Shown here: piece by piece, positions 38,701 to 53,700 of the stretch
Position numbering within the stretch: the stretch's first letter is position 1
How the letters are laid out: each line of letters starts with the position of its first letter
DNA from: Balanoglossus misakiensis
Lineage: Eukaryota; Animalia; Hemichordata
Assembly (NCBI GenBank): GCA_040954595.2
Contig: CM082579.2
Coordinates: forward strand, 7,429,625 to 7,493,624
Reading direction: 5' to 3'
DNA: 64,000 bases
Notes under the pieces: generated by a model
Told to the model about the DNA's origin: nothing
What the model saw: the letters and a program-made list of their open reading frames with translations, nothing else
Databases searched by the model: none
Program-made: the position numbers and the translations under genes

Positions 38701-41700
38701 GTTCGTTGGCATCAGCATCACTAAGACCGATACCGCTCGTCTCCCTGCCCAGTCCCTGCGCATCCAAACCATGAAACATCTGTGGCACTGGGTACATGTG
38801 GGCGTGAGGTGCTGGGTAGAAGACGCTCTTGCGACCACCCAGGTGGAAGTTACTGACTCCGGGGGCAACTAGGGTGACCTTCCACTGTCTCATGAGGGCA
38901 TGGACTCCTTTCTCCAAGGAACTGACAGCGGGTATGACGTGGTCCACAACCGCATCTTCGATGTCGCCAATATTGACTTGGTACAAGTACCGCCTCAACA
39001 CAGTGACAAGCTGACAGGAGGGATCTTCTTGTAGACTCTTTGACCAAGTCGTTATCTTATTATACTTGCTCTGAAAGGAAGAACAGGTCACTCTGTCTTT
39101 AGTCTCACATATTAAAAAACATAAAGTTTGCAGAGTTAATTTTTGCCACAATAACAAACTTAATCTTGAATGACATCACATGTATAACTAGTAAAACATC
39201 TGATGCTGCTAACCTTGAATGGCTGATGAAGCTTCTGTACATCAAGGGCGTCGGCCATAATGCATGCCATTAAGCCACATATTCTCTGGTGTTGACCCTT
39301 GGTCAGTTTGGACACAGCAGCTGTCATCTGGTCCACTGGGGTAAGCCATGCATTGATGGCAGGTGTGGCTGTACTCAATAAATTACTGTCAAACCTGTAG
39401 AATAATGTCACAAAATGTAAATATTGTACCTATTTGGGGCTTTAACTAAAATATTTGTACATGGCATACATGTACATTGTACATGTAAACAGCCTTCAAA
39501 ATTCAAAATTCAGCAGCTATTGATAGTGAATGTGCTAGATACCAAGAAAATGCATACATGCACATGATGAGACATTAATGCACTTACACTTGCCCTGAGG
39601 TGATTTCTGCATGCCTATTCTTTGGAGGTGATGGTACATTGAACCACACCGTTGACACAGTGAATGCTCCATTTGTGGCGTTACCCGGCAGCTCTCTCTT
39701 CTTCTTCTCACCCTCCTCCTCATCATCTTCCTCTTCATCATCGCCATCTTCATCATCTTTCATCTCAAAATCATCAGAGTCTTCGAATTCGTTAACGCTC
39801 TCTGGGGGTGATGAAGAGCTGGATTGGATTACTTCATCATCGCTTGATTCGCCCAAAAGGCCTGCATCGATTTCATCCTCTCCCACCAAGGTATCGTCCG
39901 AACTGATATCGTCGCTGTGGAAGTAGAACCGCGGCTTGGACTTTGGAATACTACCTTTTGCGGTGCTGACCTTCGGTTTGCGTTTGCGCTTCCGTTTTGG
40001 TTTCTCGGACTCGTCCGGAGTGCAGGGGCTGCCCAGCAGGGTGGCCTTGTCGTCCACTGCATCGAATCCAATGCGTTTCCCGGTTTTGAGGGAGATGTCG
40101 TCAACGCCGCACTCCAGCATGATCCAGCCTGTCCGGTTCTCCATCGCGCAGCCGGAATCGGAGCTCTCCATGGAATCGGCGCGCGGCCGGTTCGACCAGT
40201 GCACGCCGTGGTGGTGGTGGTGCCTCTGCTGGCTTCGTTCGAAGGTGAACATGACCTTGGACTGGTCTTCGGCAATCGCGGTCACAACGACCTTGGACAA
40301 ATCCTCGTCGGGCGTCGGGAGTTTCCGGAACTGGCAGTGCAGTTTGGACACCTGGACTTGAGCTGCCAGCTCCTCGGTCTGAATCTCGTCTCTCAGATCG
40401 TCCGGCTCCTGGAATTTCAGATTCTTCTTTCCTCGTTCCGTTGCTTTTTTTTCTGTGTCACCAAAATTGAGTTTCTTCCCATTACTGCTGGACTGGGGCG
40501 AGTCGTGCGTCGATCGCGCCGGCAGTGCTTTCAAGGACCTGTCTCGGAGCAGTAGTTCCGTGCTGATCCTATCAGCCGATAAAGCTAACAGGGACACGAA
40601 AGATGTCTGTCTGATGTCGGCCGGGAAGGCGGGCAAAGCCGTCTCTTCCAGAGTTGCTTGGAACACACATACGTTGACCTGGCAAATCAATGTAAACATT
40701 CAACATAAGTGACATCAAATTAAAAACAGATACCATGGCACATTGATTGAAAATGTATTTCAACTATTTGACTTAAAACAGAATATGATCTCACTAAGTT
40801 TAAATGAATCATTCTAAAAACAAAACACACTTTCTGATCTTTTCCATATGTGATGACAACCAAATTCACATCAGAGGTGGCAACTACATTCATATCATTG
40901 CACAGCATAAAAAATAGATACAAGGAAACCTAACACAGGTGTAATTGAATTGGAGATATTTTCCATGAAACCTAACACGCATGTACGTATAGGCATCTAA
41001 AATAGCTTGTATTTCCCATAGAGATTGTGAATGATCCTATTTTGACAATCTGACATGTACTTACCCTGGCCAGGGAGACAAACACCTGAATGCTGGACAC
41101 TTTACTCAGACTTGACGACAGTGGGGATGTTGAGGTGTGGTCCAACTCACTGTGCTTAGGGCTCGGACTGGACACGTCGTCAGACGTAATCTTATGATGT
41201 GCCTTGACTTCACCAAGACAACTGAAGTGTAGGTTGTCCAGCATGGCAGACGGATGCATGTGACATACCTGGGGAGTTAGTGCCTCCACATATCTGTTAG
41301 AATTTCAATGATGAAGAACACAACCATAACAATCAGTGATGCACATACTTATCAGGGGAAAAATTGAAAAGAAAGTACATAAAATATCCAACACACAAAG
41401 ATCAAGCCTTGAAATCAGTACAGAGAATTCCACAGGGATATTTTTAAACATTGACCAACACATCTTAGCTAGTCTTCATGTATTAATGCTTTTGATAAAT
41501 GTGCACTCTGACCCTGTGAACTTTACAGATGACCTTCTCACCTCTGAACTGCATCGACCATGAGGGGCGACACTGTGGCATCCACTGTTCCCCTGACTTG
41601 CACGATTGCTGTTGTTTTGGATTCTTCACTCTCCTCAGCATCACTCTTCTTTTGGCCATCACCTTCTTCTGAACAACAAAAATCGGAAATAAGGTTTGTT

Positions 41701-44700
41701 ATGAAATGACTTCAAAGCCAGCAATGCAGAAAAGGTTCTTCAAATGTCTAGTTGTCATCCTACCTTGTTCAGCTGCTTCATATTGAACGTCTGTAAGTAC
41801 TTGTTGGTAGAGACCGACCAGGGTCTCCGACTCCTCCGATTCATTGTCCACGTCACTGAGGGAGCTCGGGAGTCGTTTCCTGCGAGTCCGGTCGTACAGC
41901 AGTTTGGTGCCGAGACCTCTGTGGTGCTGGGTGAAGACCGGAAGCTGGATACTCTCGTAGGAAGCGACGCTGCCCAGGGAGGTCCTGGCATTGAAGGGAG
42001 ACCTCGGGGTGAGCTGCTGCGTCGGGGGCGGGGTCACCCAATGGGAGCACTGCATCAGGGTCAGGTGGTCCGCGTAGCACGACGCCACGTCGTCGTAATC
42101 CGTGATCTCTTGCACGTGCGGTTCATTCGTGTCTGTGTGGTCCAGATGCTCCGGTAATAAATCGCTCGGTGATTCGACGGCCGACACGAAGGACAGTCCC
42201 GACGACATGGACGTGGACTTCGACCTCGCTCCGTTCTCGCTGTGAGAGGATTCCTGCATGGTGGAGCCGTCGCTTTCGTCGTGACTGGAAACCTCAACGA
42301 TGGGAGCATCGGGATCTGACAGTCCCATGATCTGCTTCAAAAGAGTCTGACTCTCGGCATTCACTTTGTCGTCGCTGAAGTACATCCTTTCTTCGTCATC
42401 AACGTCCTCGGCGGCCGAGAAGAACTCGCTTTCCGCCAGGGACGTCTCCGACTGCGTCTGTCTTATTCTTCCTAGGGAGCTGCGGGAGTGCCGACTGCTC
42501 CGATGCGAAGAAGTCCGGCTGCCGACAGACTGCCCTGACAGCGTGGCCCGTACTTTGCCGTGTCCTCTCTCCTGGCTGTCAATCGAAAACTGGACTGACC
42601 CTCTCCTGGACTCCTCCTCGCTGCTCAGCACTGGGTCGGTGTCCCCAAGGTCGAAGCTGTGGTGACGATGATGCTGCATCGATCGATCCCAGACTTGCGG
42701 CTCCACAGGCAGACTGTGGCAGCTCCCAACAAACGGCGGCTGCCCTCCCAGGTATTTCAGATGCATGTCGTGGCTCGAGCTGTGGATGCTGGATTTAGAA
42801 TGCACGCTGGGTTGCCTGGTTACACCGTAGTCGACAGAGACATCCGGGTGCGAGTCCTTTAAAGCCGCGTTGTTCACCTCGGCTTGCGTTGATATCGCGT
42901 GCACTGACGACTGAGATCCCGGCGCGCTGGAGGAGTTCACTTTGGTGTCGCTGCTGCCCGTTTCGCTTCTCTTGGCAGACGGGCTGAAGGTCGGCACGTA
43001 GCCCGTTGTGAACTTGAAGGCAGACCTGGTCGGAGAAGCATCGGGGCTTCTCCTCCTCTCTTCGCACACCGCGAACACCAGCTGCCCTTTCTCGAGCAGG
43101 CTCTGGCCATAGCCGTAGACCTGCTCGCTCTCGGGGCCCTGGCCGGGCAGCATGGTGAACAGCGACTCGGACGTGCCCTCCGCCGTCTCGAAGCGGCTGC
43201 GCTCGAAGAAGTGCACCCCGTTGGAGTTGTTGCCGAAGAACCTGCAGCCGCCCAGGCAGCCGCACTTGCCGATCACCTCCGGGTTGAAGACGCTCTCGTC
43301 CATGGGCCACATGAACCACAGGCGCTTGGTCTTGGAGTCGTGCAGCTGCAGGAACTGGTGCTGCTGCCGGTGCAGTTCCGGGTGGGTCAGCGACATGGCG
43401 GCGTCCACCACGATCGGCCCGAGCGACACACCACCCGCCTCGAACCACGTGGAGTAGGACCCGCCGCCGCCGTGGTCCTCCCCGTGCGCCAAATACTGCT
43501 TCATTTCAATGTTGCGAATCAACGCCGTGACGCCTTGTCCTGTACTGTTGCCATGGAGATTACAGGTTGCCAGTCTGATGGGGTGAACCTGTCAGAAAGT
43601 GGGACATGAGAGCAGCAAAATGATCAGTGTTTTGTAAAATCTTACACAAGATTCACCTGTTTTTAAAAACACCACCACAGTGAACAATGTACAAAAAGTT
43701 TGTAATTTCCATCAAGTCCCTTACAATCTTCCAGTTTCCCTAAAAACATTGAGGAACTTCTATCAGTGTTTTCTGCTGCACACTGTTGGTATCCAGTTGA
43801 TTCTGCCAGTCACTGTATTATTTGCACATTTCACCTCACCTGGATATGACAGGCAGATCCCGACTCGACCAGATACAAATCGACGTGATCCACAGACACT
43901 CGCGTCATCTCGTACTTCACATCCTCAACGGGCGGACACGGGATGGAAAGCAAAGGGTCCTTCTTTGTGCAGAGGTGCTGGGGAATGCAGTGCTGGCAGT
44001 TCCTATACGGCACTGTAGGTTGGAATGTGTTCTCTGAATCCAGGGCCAGGAATACAAAAGTCTGGGCAAAACCAGCCACAGACTGCAACTGCAATAAGGA
44101 AATAAAGTACTCAGTATAAAAAATAGCGTCACAAGGCACTGTGCTCCCATTTGATCAGAGTTGGTACATTTAATGGTCACATATATGAATATACGGACTC
44201 GTCCTAATTAATCTGTAATAATTAGCATAAACAATTCTGGAAGTTAATCTGGCTTTGTACCAACTTGTCTCCAATCCAGACTCTGCTCGTGTTTTGCTTG
44301 TGGTTATCTTTTCAAATCATTCTTACCTGTGGTGCCGTGATTTTTCCACTGACAGACCCGGCTTGAACTTCGATCAACCATCCGTATTCCAACGTTTCAC
44401 TGGTTGGCGGCAGTCCCTCCCCAGAAAACATGGCGTGCCCACGGATCTGGAGCCCCGACAGGGTCAGGTGACCGTCTCGTAGATGTGTGTCTGCATTGCA
44501 TCTCTACGGTTGGAAAGAGCGTGGCTTTATTTTTATTGCATTGGTGAAAGTTTAAGACTGTGATTTTTGAGTTGTATGAAATCATACGTTGAAGCCAATC
44601 AAATGTTTCAAGAGGTTTAACAGTATCTAATACACAGTTAATAATCTCCCCAACAAGTAATACTTTTACTCATCTTCTACATCAAAATTCATATGAATAT

Positions 44701-47700
44701 TCATCCAAAATTCTCCGCTCTGCAGTTGTTTTACTAACCATATTACTCACTGTATGTTTCCATTTTCTGCTTGTGTACTCTTAGTGTACAAATACACTCA
44801 TAGATGCATAAGTTTATGGAAAATTTTAGAAATTATATGATTTTCATTATTTGCCAATTTTTACGGTGAGAAGAAAAGCGGAGCATTCAAAATGTGGTTG
44901 AACTTACAGAGAATGTATCGGACACAAGCAGAGTGACTGGAGACACCAGAACTTGCAGTTTGGTCTCTCGATAAGATTTGTGCATTTCAAAGCACAGTTG
45001 CTCCAGACGTCCTATTGGAATCGGCCCGTCCCTCTCACCACAGTGCTGTGTGGTGAAAAAAAGATGAATTCTCAAGATAACTACATGTAATGGCAAAGTC
45101 AGGAAAATATCTGACACCAACAGAGTCATATTAATTGGCAATATTATTAAATCTCATGAGTTCAGATTTACTTTGTCCAAAAATTTAAGAATTCTTGAAA
45201 TTTATTATCATGGCATGTGAGACACGTGCAAGCATACCTTTGGAAAATACCCAGTCACATCATTAATGCTGACTGACACGGTGACCTCCAGAGGTCGTAA
45301 GGTCAAAGGGTTAATCTTCTCTTCTTCGACATCACCCACATTCACCGCCACACTGACAGACGGCGATGATGTCATCGATTTGAAACTGTCATCCAAATCT
45401 ACAAACATCTGATCTTCACCAAAAAAGTTCTCCTGGGGAAAGAAAAAGTTGAAAGTATCTTCCAGTTGTTTGTTTTGCTGTATTACAAACATTGTAAAAA
45501 AGACAGCAACATGTACAGTACACTGCACATTAGCAAATTCTGGTGGTAACACTCACACACAATGCTGATTGCTGGGGTCATAGGTCACCCACAGCATCAT
45601 GACATTAAAAGGACCCACCTTGAGAAAGTAGAAGTGTCTGATAACCGTGCCATACACCATGATCTCTGATGCACCGACGTCTAACTCAACGTGAATGCAA
45701 TCCGGGGGTAGGTTTGTGGGGTCGACTACCATGGCAACAGACGACCTTGAGTCCCTGATCGTCGTCGATTTGCCGGTATCCGTGAAGGGTGCCAGGGTCA
45801 TTGGTGGGCTGTCTTCATTGGGTGGAATCGGGTAATAGGTGTAGGTGATATTCAAACAGGCTTCTGGGGCAGTCCAACAGTCCACCCACCCAGCACTGAA
45901 AAGTGCAAAAAACAAGCGGACAAAGTTGAAATACCAGAGCTACTCGTCTGCCAAAGATTTACCACTTAGTTACTTACATGTCCAGATGTGGAAATATGTG
46001 GAGGTAAGGCAGGAAGCTTGACTTGTATTACTTGGTTAAAGCAACCTCTCGCGACAGTAAATGACCAAGTTTTCTGAGGTCTTGCAATGGGCAGCAAATC
46101 ATCTATTTCCCGGTTTTATCCCAAAGTATCATGCACACTTGCAAATTGATAGAACTTTCCATGCGATGAAAACGAGGGGAGATTCTCGTACCTTTCGAGT
46201 GTGACTTTCCTCCATATCGTTCTAAGCTTCCTCCTCTGCTTGGCGTTGTTATTGCTGTTGTAGTTACTGGAATTCATCATTTTGATCTTGGCCTCCTTGA
46301 AGGACTGATCCAGCGCCAAGAGGACATGTCTGCTGGTGTGGGATTCTGGGAGATACATGCGCAGTGCTGCAGAGTTGATCTGTCCGTGTGGAAAGATGGG
46401 AAACAGTGTGAGTTGCACAGTTGAAATCAGTGACAGAATGCTCATCACAGAATAATTTTGCCTTTTCCACACAAAAACCAGAAAAGACTACCGGTATGTC
46501 CTCACTGGAAATGAATAGCATGACATGAACTAACAACTTTTTACTATCAAGAACTAAATGTCGAATTCCATGCAGTCATATAGAATACATATCCAGAAGT
46601 ATTGTACATGTATAATACTATAATATACTGTTGAAAAGGACATGCAGAGACTTACAGCTATCCAGAATTTAATCGGCACAGTCTCTGGCATATGGTCCGA
46701 AAATGGCAAGCTGAAGGACAGATCAAAGTGATCCCCACATATACCCATTAACACTGCAAAACAAAAAACAATACACAAAGTTATACAATAATTGGTTCTC
46801 ACATATGACATCAAAACTGTTCTCGGGGAAAATCAGGCCATGAAAAAAGCAACACAGTCATCCAATTCTGCACAAACTGCCAGCAACACGTGCGTGACAT
46901 ATCTTTTTACTGTACTCGAAATTTGGATGTGCATTTTATGCTGCCACATTAATCTACATGTACACCCCAACTTGGGCGACAAAACTGCCAGACCCTGACT
47001 GATAACACAAACAGCTTCTGATTTGTTCGATGCAATCCACACTGCCCAACCTAGATTATTATATTATATTAGATAAAGCTTCTTCACAGTGCTAGAAAAA
47101 AGAATCACCTACCATTTTCCTGATTATTGGAAGCACAGTCAATCCAGTTATACTGATTGGCAGGCAGAATGAGTTCAAATTCAAGGAATGATATATTAAA
47201 CTGCCAGGTGTATGGTGTAAATGATAAAAGGTCTGGTTTGCTTTTACTGGACCAATCCGTCATTAAATCTGCAATATGCAAAAAAAAAATGATAATGACC
47301 CACTGAATATTACTATAGCGTCTGTGACTCCATCCTATGAAGTCAAAATGTTTTAATGATTTTTCTCATCATTCTCTTAAGATTTAATTAATAATGCAAT
47401 TCTTTCAAAAACCAAGATGGTCCCATTCTGTATAAAAATCATGCACTATCATACGGAAGACTCGTTTACCTAAAAGGAATGTTTTATGTTGGAAGATGAA
47501 GAACCAGACGCCCCTGGAGAAGGTCAAATCACACGCCCAAGTCTGGTGGTGATTCCATACCCTGGGATAGTCAACGCTAACAGTGAACTGTGAATTAGAG
47601 GAAAAAAAGACTTGATTCAGTTTCACAAGATAATGTCAGGCCATTATTTCATGGAAATTACAGACTTGGTTGCAAAATGAAGACAATGTGACATACAGAA

Positions 47701-50700
47701 ATACTATGAAAGTACCTGTAGAGTTTCTGTTTCGATCAGCGATCTGTATTGTAAACTAGTGGAGGAATCTAAATGCAGCAGCTGCCCTGTGACGTTCGTC
47801 TTGTAGCCTTCTTCTTTGACCAGCCAGGGCACACAGACTTCCACGTAGGAGCCAGCACCGATACTCATGTGAATAGCATTGGTTTCCTACAGAAATACAA
47901 AGTGTCTCTTATTTTTAGTCTTACTCACTACCTTTTGTGTGTTCGCTTGCCTTGAGCGGGTAAAATTCACATTCTGAAAATGCCCACTGTCAGTAGCACA
48001 AACAGTCACTTATTTCTGTGGCCACTCACCTTATTTTTTGTAAATAAAATATCAATAGTAGCATCGGCGATAATATTCATTCTAAAATCAAAACGCGTGA
48101 ACTGCCGGGTTTCTCCCGGTTTTGGCGGCTCTGTCACCTGCATTGTTTGAAAGTCGACTGGAAAGAATAATTTGTGTAATAGCTCCCTGCAATCCAAGAC
48201 AAAAACAGACGAGACAAGTCAAGGTGAGTCTGGAAAACAATCCAAGTGGATCCAGGGATCTCTGGATCCAGATCATTTATATATACTAATGAATCAAAAA
48301 AACATTAGGTATTGGTACATAAATACACCAATTCAAAAATCTGAACTTATTCTCTTGGCTGATTTATCATTGAAATACATGTTTTGTATTCATTCCAACA
48401 TGACTATTCTCATCAGGCATTCCATTCACGATCTCACTTTTTGTACATCCCACCATCTGATGCACACAAACAATTCTCCATTCAATACACAAAATAGATA
48501 GCTCTCCCCACCCTATAGTCTACTAATCCCACTCAGGAGATTCAACATTACAAGCCAACCTGTTACATGACAACAAGCTTGGGACACTTTAATGGTAACA
48601 AAATTTACCAAAATCATTATTGTCCAAAATTTTAGCAAAAATTTTACAGAAAATTGGCAGATGATGTTCAATGAGTCTTTTTATTTAAAAAATAATAAAA
48701 CAGAAATATTTCAGTACGATATTTACCCACAATCACTTGAGATTCTATATTTTTCATCAATATTTACAAACAAAATTACTTGTACCAGCCCGGACTCACC
48801 TCTGCCTGTCAGCCCATGGTCCATAACTGATATCCGTACCCTTCCCACACTTCACATCCACGCCCCAGCACGGATCATCATCCGTTCTTTCCTCAGGTAC
48901 CTCTCCTACACTCGGATAGAGACATACAAAGAGAATTATTGGGAAGGCTGACACAGAGGACAGTCTCAAGACAGGACTGGAACTCGTTGGATAGTGAACA
49001 GTATCACAAATTAGCAAATTTCATTAGTGTTAATAGATGATTATCTGCTCATCATGAGATCTTGCAAGACTTGGTTAAATACCATAGCAATGAGTTTTGG
49101 AAACTAGATTAGGTGCTGAGTTCAATATATATTGTAACTTGTGTGACATTGAACAAGACAGGCTCTTATCCACAACCTCCTTGTAACTAGAATTTTCCCA
49201 AAGAATAAACCATGTTAACACACACATGTTGACCTCACATTCTCCAGGCACCCATACATACATTTACATCTCAATACATGTACCGATATATCTTACAGCT
49301 TCCAGGGGGGCCATTAGGATATCTCCCTGACACATTACGCTGTCTGAATCTCAATTTACGAGATTGGGAACGTTTTTTTTATGATTAGGAACTTTTTTAT
49401 GAGGTACTGCATTTTCAATGGCATTCTCGTCGCCCCTGGGGTTCAAGTTAAATGAAGCTCGGGAGAAATGATGAATATAAATCTGATTAAAATCAGACGC
49501 AGGGATGTCATGGTTGTTTTCCCCTCAATCCATCCTATGTGCTTTCCTTCCGCTGTTTCTGCCTCTAGAGGGCTAGTTCAATTACAGAGGACAAGACACG
49601 GGAGACTGAAGAAAGCCGAGAAGCCAATCCATACGTCAGATTTTAATTACATTGAGTGAACATGACCAGAGACATCTGGTTCAATCTGAAAATTATGCAA
49701 GGGAAGAAAAAGCAGAAGGCAATGCTTTCCTTACCTGCTTCATCCTGATAGTAATAAAGATCAACATCGTTTGATTTCAAAACCAAGAATCCTTCACCCA
49801 TGTATCTTGGAGGTCTGGAAAACAGAAAACTCTAGTCAGAAAATTACATTTTTTTGGAATTATCTTAAAAACAACATGTATATATTGTATATGATGTAAA
49901 AGAACAAAAAATCTCATTGTGGGAGAGCTAATGAAAATTCAACGCAACACATTGTCTGTGCCAACAAGCATTTGTGAACCGATGACCCAGAAAATATTAT
50001 TCAGGTTTCAATGTTCCCCCAGCGACCACATAAATATCACATATTGTACCCGTACACGCACAGCGATCAGTCACATTTAAATACCAGTATATAACTTATC
50101 GCATACAAATGACAGGGGCATCTTTCCCAGCTGATGCATGTGGCACTTTAATGGCAATTAAAACTTAACGATCTTGTTAATGAATGTATACCACGCATAA
50201 ACATACAACAATATTGATTCATTACTTGTTTCTTTATAATTATTATAGACATAAAATTTCCACTTTTGTTTCCTCAAATTTCATAATAGAATTTAATACA
50301 ACATCGTGCTGACAAAAAAGGTCACCTGATGATAAAGTATGTTTAATGTTATTTTTGTGTATTATTAAAATAGATATCAGAATGCTGGCAATCTGCCACT
50401 GTCTGTTAAAACTAAAATAACAATGAGCACTACATCACGCATCTGAAACAAGTCTATACGTGCCTGAAAAACACATCTCTGCAGTATGCCTGTGAAACAT
50501 TATCTATGTATTGAGAATGGTGAGCACATGTGCCATGGAAAATTTCTTACTGAGGTTTTATATCAAAAACAGATCCTTGTGATGATGTCATATATATATC
50601 CAATTTCTCTTCATTTATTTAAATGCAACAAAGATTTGGTCTATCATGGTTTTATTCAGCGTTGCAGTGGTATTGAAATTTTCTGATAGTATTTTACAAA

Positions 50701-53700
50701 TGTATGTACCACGTGTAACCTACCCTTCATGACATTCTGGCTTCACCCTATTGTTTCCTGTGGTATGGTCAAGCCCATTTACGGGTAAATGGGGGTAAAA
50801 GGGTCAGAATATCACGGAAAACACAACTTACTCATCCATGGCTGGGCCCTGGTATTTGGGACTCTGGGCTAACATCACACGCACGTTCTCCATCTTACAC
50901 TTGACACTGTGCATAAACTGATCCAGCGGGGATGAAGACTGCTTCGTCGTGTAGACGATGCGAGCATCCTCAACGCTCATGGTCAAAGTGGTTGGTACCA
51001 AGCGGTTGCCAAACACAACCCGACCCTGAAATAAATATACCAGGTGTGTGTGAACTAAAGTTTTTAACATGTTGACAGCAAAACCAGCTATGTTCTAATA
51101 CATGTATTGAAATAAAGTTCATGTAAATGCTAACACTGTGTGAAAAGGCAAAGTTACTACTGGTTCGTAACTTTGGAAAACTGAGTCAGTTTTATGATTT
51201 TTCACATAGGTAGAGTCATTTAGCACACACACACACCCTGCCTGAGTTGCTAACTGAGGCATCCAGGCTCCAAAACCCCAGAATGCATTACTCACTGTTG
51301 ATATGTCAATCTTTATGACTGGAATCAAATCACGCCATGTCACTCCTTCACTTTTATTCCGGATTGCCGCTGTCTGTTCTTGTCTGTTGGGGAAGATGAT
51401 ATTCACAGTGAAAATGGTCATTATTGAAAGGATTTGTAATCTTGCATTAGCCTATGGCTAGGAAATGTTGTATATTATTTTAGTGCCACAGTTACTGCCT
51501 GGTGTGGGTTGTTTTGTTGTTGTTGTTGTGTCACTATTTGTGTTCATTAAGCACATTCAAATTAACATTTGACAAGACAGTAGGCAATGGTTTTCCTAGC
51601 CCACAGATTCAAGACTTTTAGTTAATTTTCCTGGAAAAATTCACTATACCATGCAATTCCAGAAGCTCATGGCCTCTGGACTAATAGGAAACTGTACACA
51701 GATATCCACTGACACAAATTAATTCCCAGGATCTCTTTCTTCCGGCATGTAATTTATCCTGGTGAGGAGCGATTAATTTGTTATTAAGAATTCTGTCCAG
51801 CTCTGACGTTTAGGATTAGCTCCATTATAGATGCGTGACACAAATGGCCATCATCACATCCAATGAACCATTATCAAATGACGCCCAGCTGAGACACGCA
51901 ACCACTGACTTGATCGGAAAATGGGAAAAAGAAAAATTGCATAAAATGTCACTGGCACTGGCCATACCTCTTTTTATTTGCTGCTTTTTTCCGCTCTTTT
52001 TCGCTTTCTGGGATCATCGTTGGCTCCAGCCCGAATTTCTTTTCCATCTGACTGTACACCGACGTTCTGTTGTAAAGATGAAACTCGCATCCATTCAACA
52101 GTATATTCAGCCTGGTTTCTGCATGCGACATATCAGCTGTTGAGAAGAAGGGGGAAATGTTCTTTGTCATTACAAGGAGTCATTTTGTTGTGTGCTGTCT
52201 ATCTGTCTGTTCTTTGTCAATACACAGTGCCATTTTGTTGTGTGTTGTACGTCTGTCTGTCTCTCTTTCTTTCTTTCCAGCCAGCTATTTATTTCTGATT
52301 CTGAAACTTACCCAGAATCAAAGTTTTGTATTGCAGAATATTTTACCAGGTTCACACAGGGTAAAATTTAAGACGCTATTTGCATATGGTAAATACAGAG
52401 CATTAATCCTTTGAATCACTGACTAATTGTACATCATTCGTTTCTTTGAACAATTAATTATTTTTTTCTTCCATTGTGTATTCTACAATTAGTGTTTCTG
52501 TGTCACACAGGATTCTTTCAAGTTAAATCCAAAGGGATTAAAACAGAGGATACTGCATACTAATATCACCATGGCCTGAGATTTCTACATGTTCTGAAAT
52601 GACCTCACCCTGCCCGGGATGGTTGCCGCATTTTTTCCTCGTTACAAAACATAAACAATGTACTGACATTCTTTCACTTTTGTTACCATGGCATTAGTAG
52701 GTTTTCTGAGCGGAAAATTTCCCCCGGTCTGGTATGAATAGAATTATCAGAGATTCTGCACATTAGAATAAATGTTGAAATACCTAGATTTTTAAAGGAA
52801 AAAAAAATGTGCAATTTATATAAACCAGAGCAAGGAGTATAGGCATGTATATCTGATTCTCTCGAAACATTAAAAGCTATGTATACAACAACGTAACTTT
52901 ATCTGCAAGCCATGGTTAAAATAAACTCAAAATGCAATTTACTGCAGCCTTTTGGCTTCAGACTGTCGATTTGACATGTCACATGATACCAACCGGATAC
53001 TTCACACTTTCTACATCATCATGCCTATCTATTGATTTATGGGTTATGTGACCGACACCCCGATCTCTGCTCCAAGCTGCCAATCAAAACAGTCGTAACA
53101 GCATGCAGACGTTGCACCCTGGCTGTCATTGATGACATCTTCCCCAGCATTAGCTGATGTAGTGTCGAGGAATTTGGCACAAACTCAATAAATCAGTACA
53201 CACTGACACATTAATCACTTCCGTTGTGGCAAATTCTCATCTGTAACCGCTTTCTGCTTTCCACATCAAAAAATGCCTCACAAAGGGTTCACTTCAGTGG
53301 GTTTTAGTTCCCCATAGACTATTTTAATTCAGTTCCATCTTACGGTTATTATGCTGAATATTTTCATGGCTGGCTGCAGGAATTGCACTACATCAAATAT
53401 TGCTTCGTTTTCTTTTTCTTTTCAGTGTTTTCTTTTTGCTGATTTTATAGACATTCACAGTCAAGGCCACTGCCATGGCAACAGCCAACACAATCTATGT
53501 CTGAGTTTTTCATTTTATTTCAGTCTGTCACCATAGTAACCATTGTCAACGGCACAACAGCTGTTAAAATCCAGACTGTTGCCAGGAGACCAGCACAACT
53601 TGTCTCTATTCCTAGACATCTCCATCTTGAACGTTTATCACATCATTGTAAAGAATTTTGGATAACTTTTTATGATTTAAATTAAGTTCCAGTGTTATAA

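Noticed and set aside
34339-43609. Long plus-strand ORFs up to 321 aa
   Set aside because: Antisense shadows of GC-rich BLTP1 exons with no recognisable motifs.
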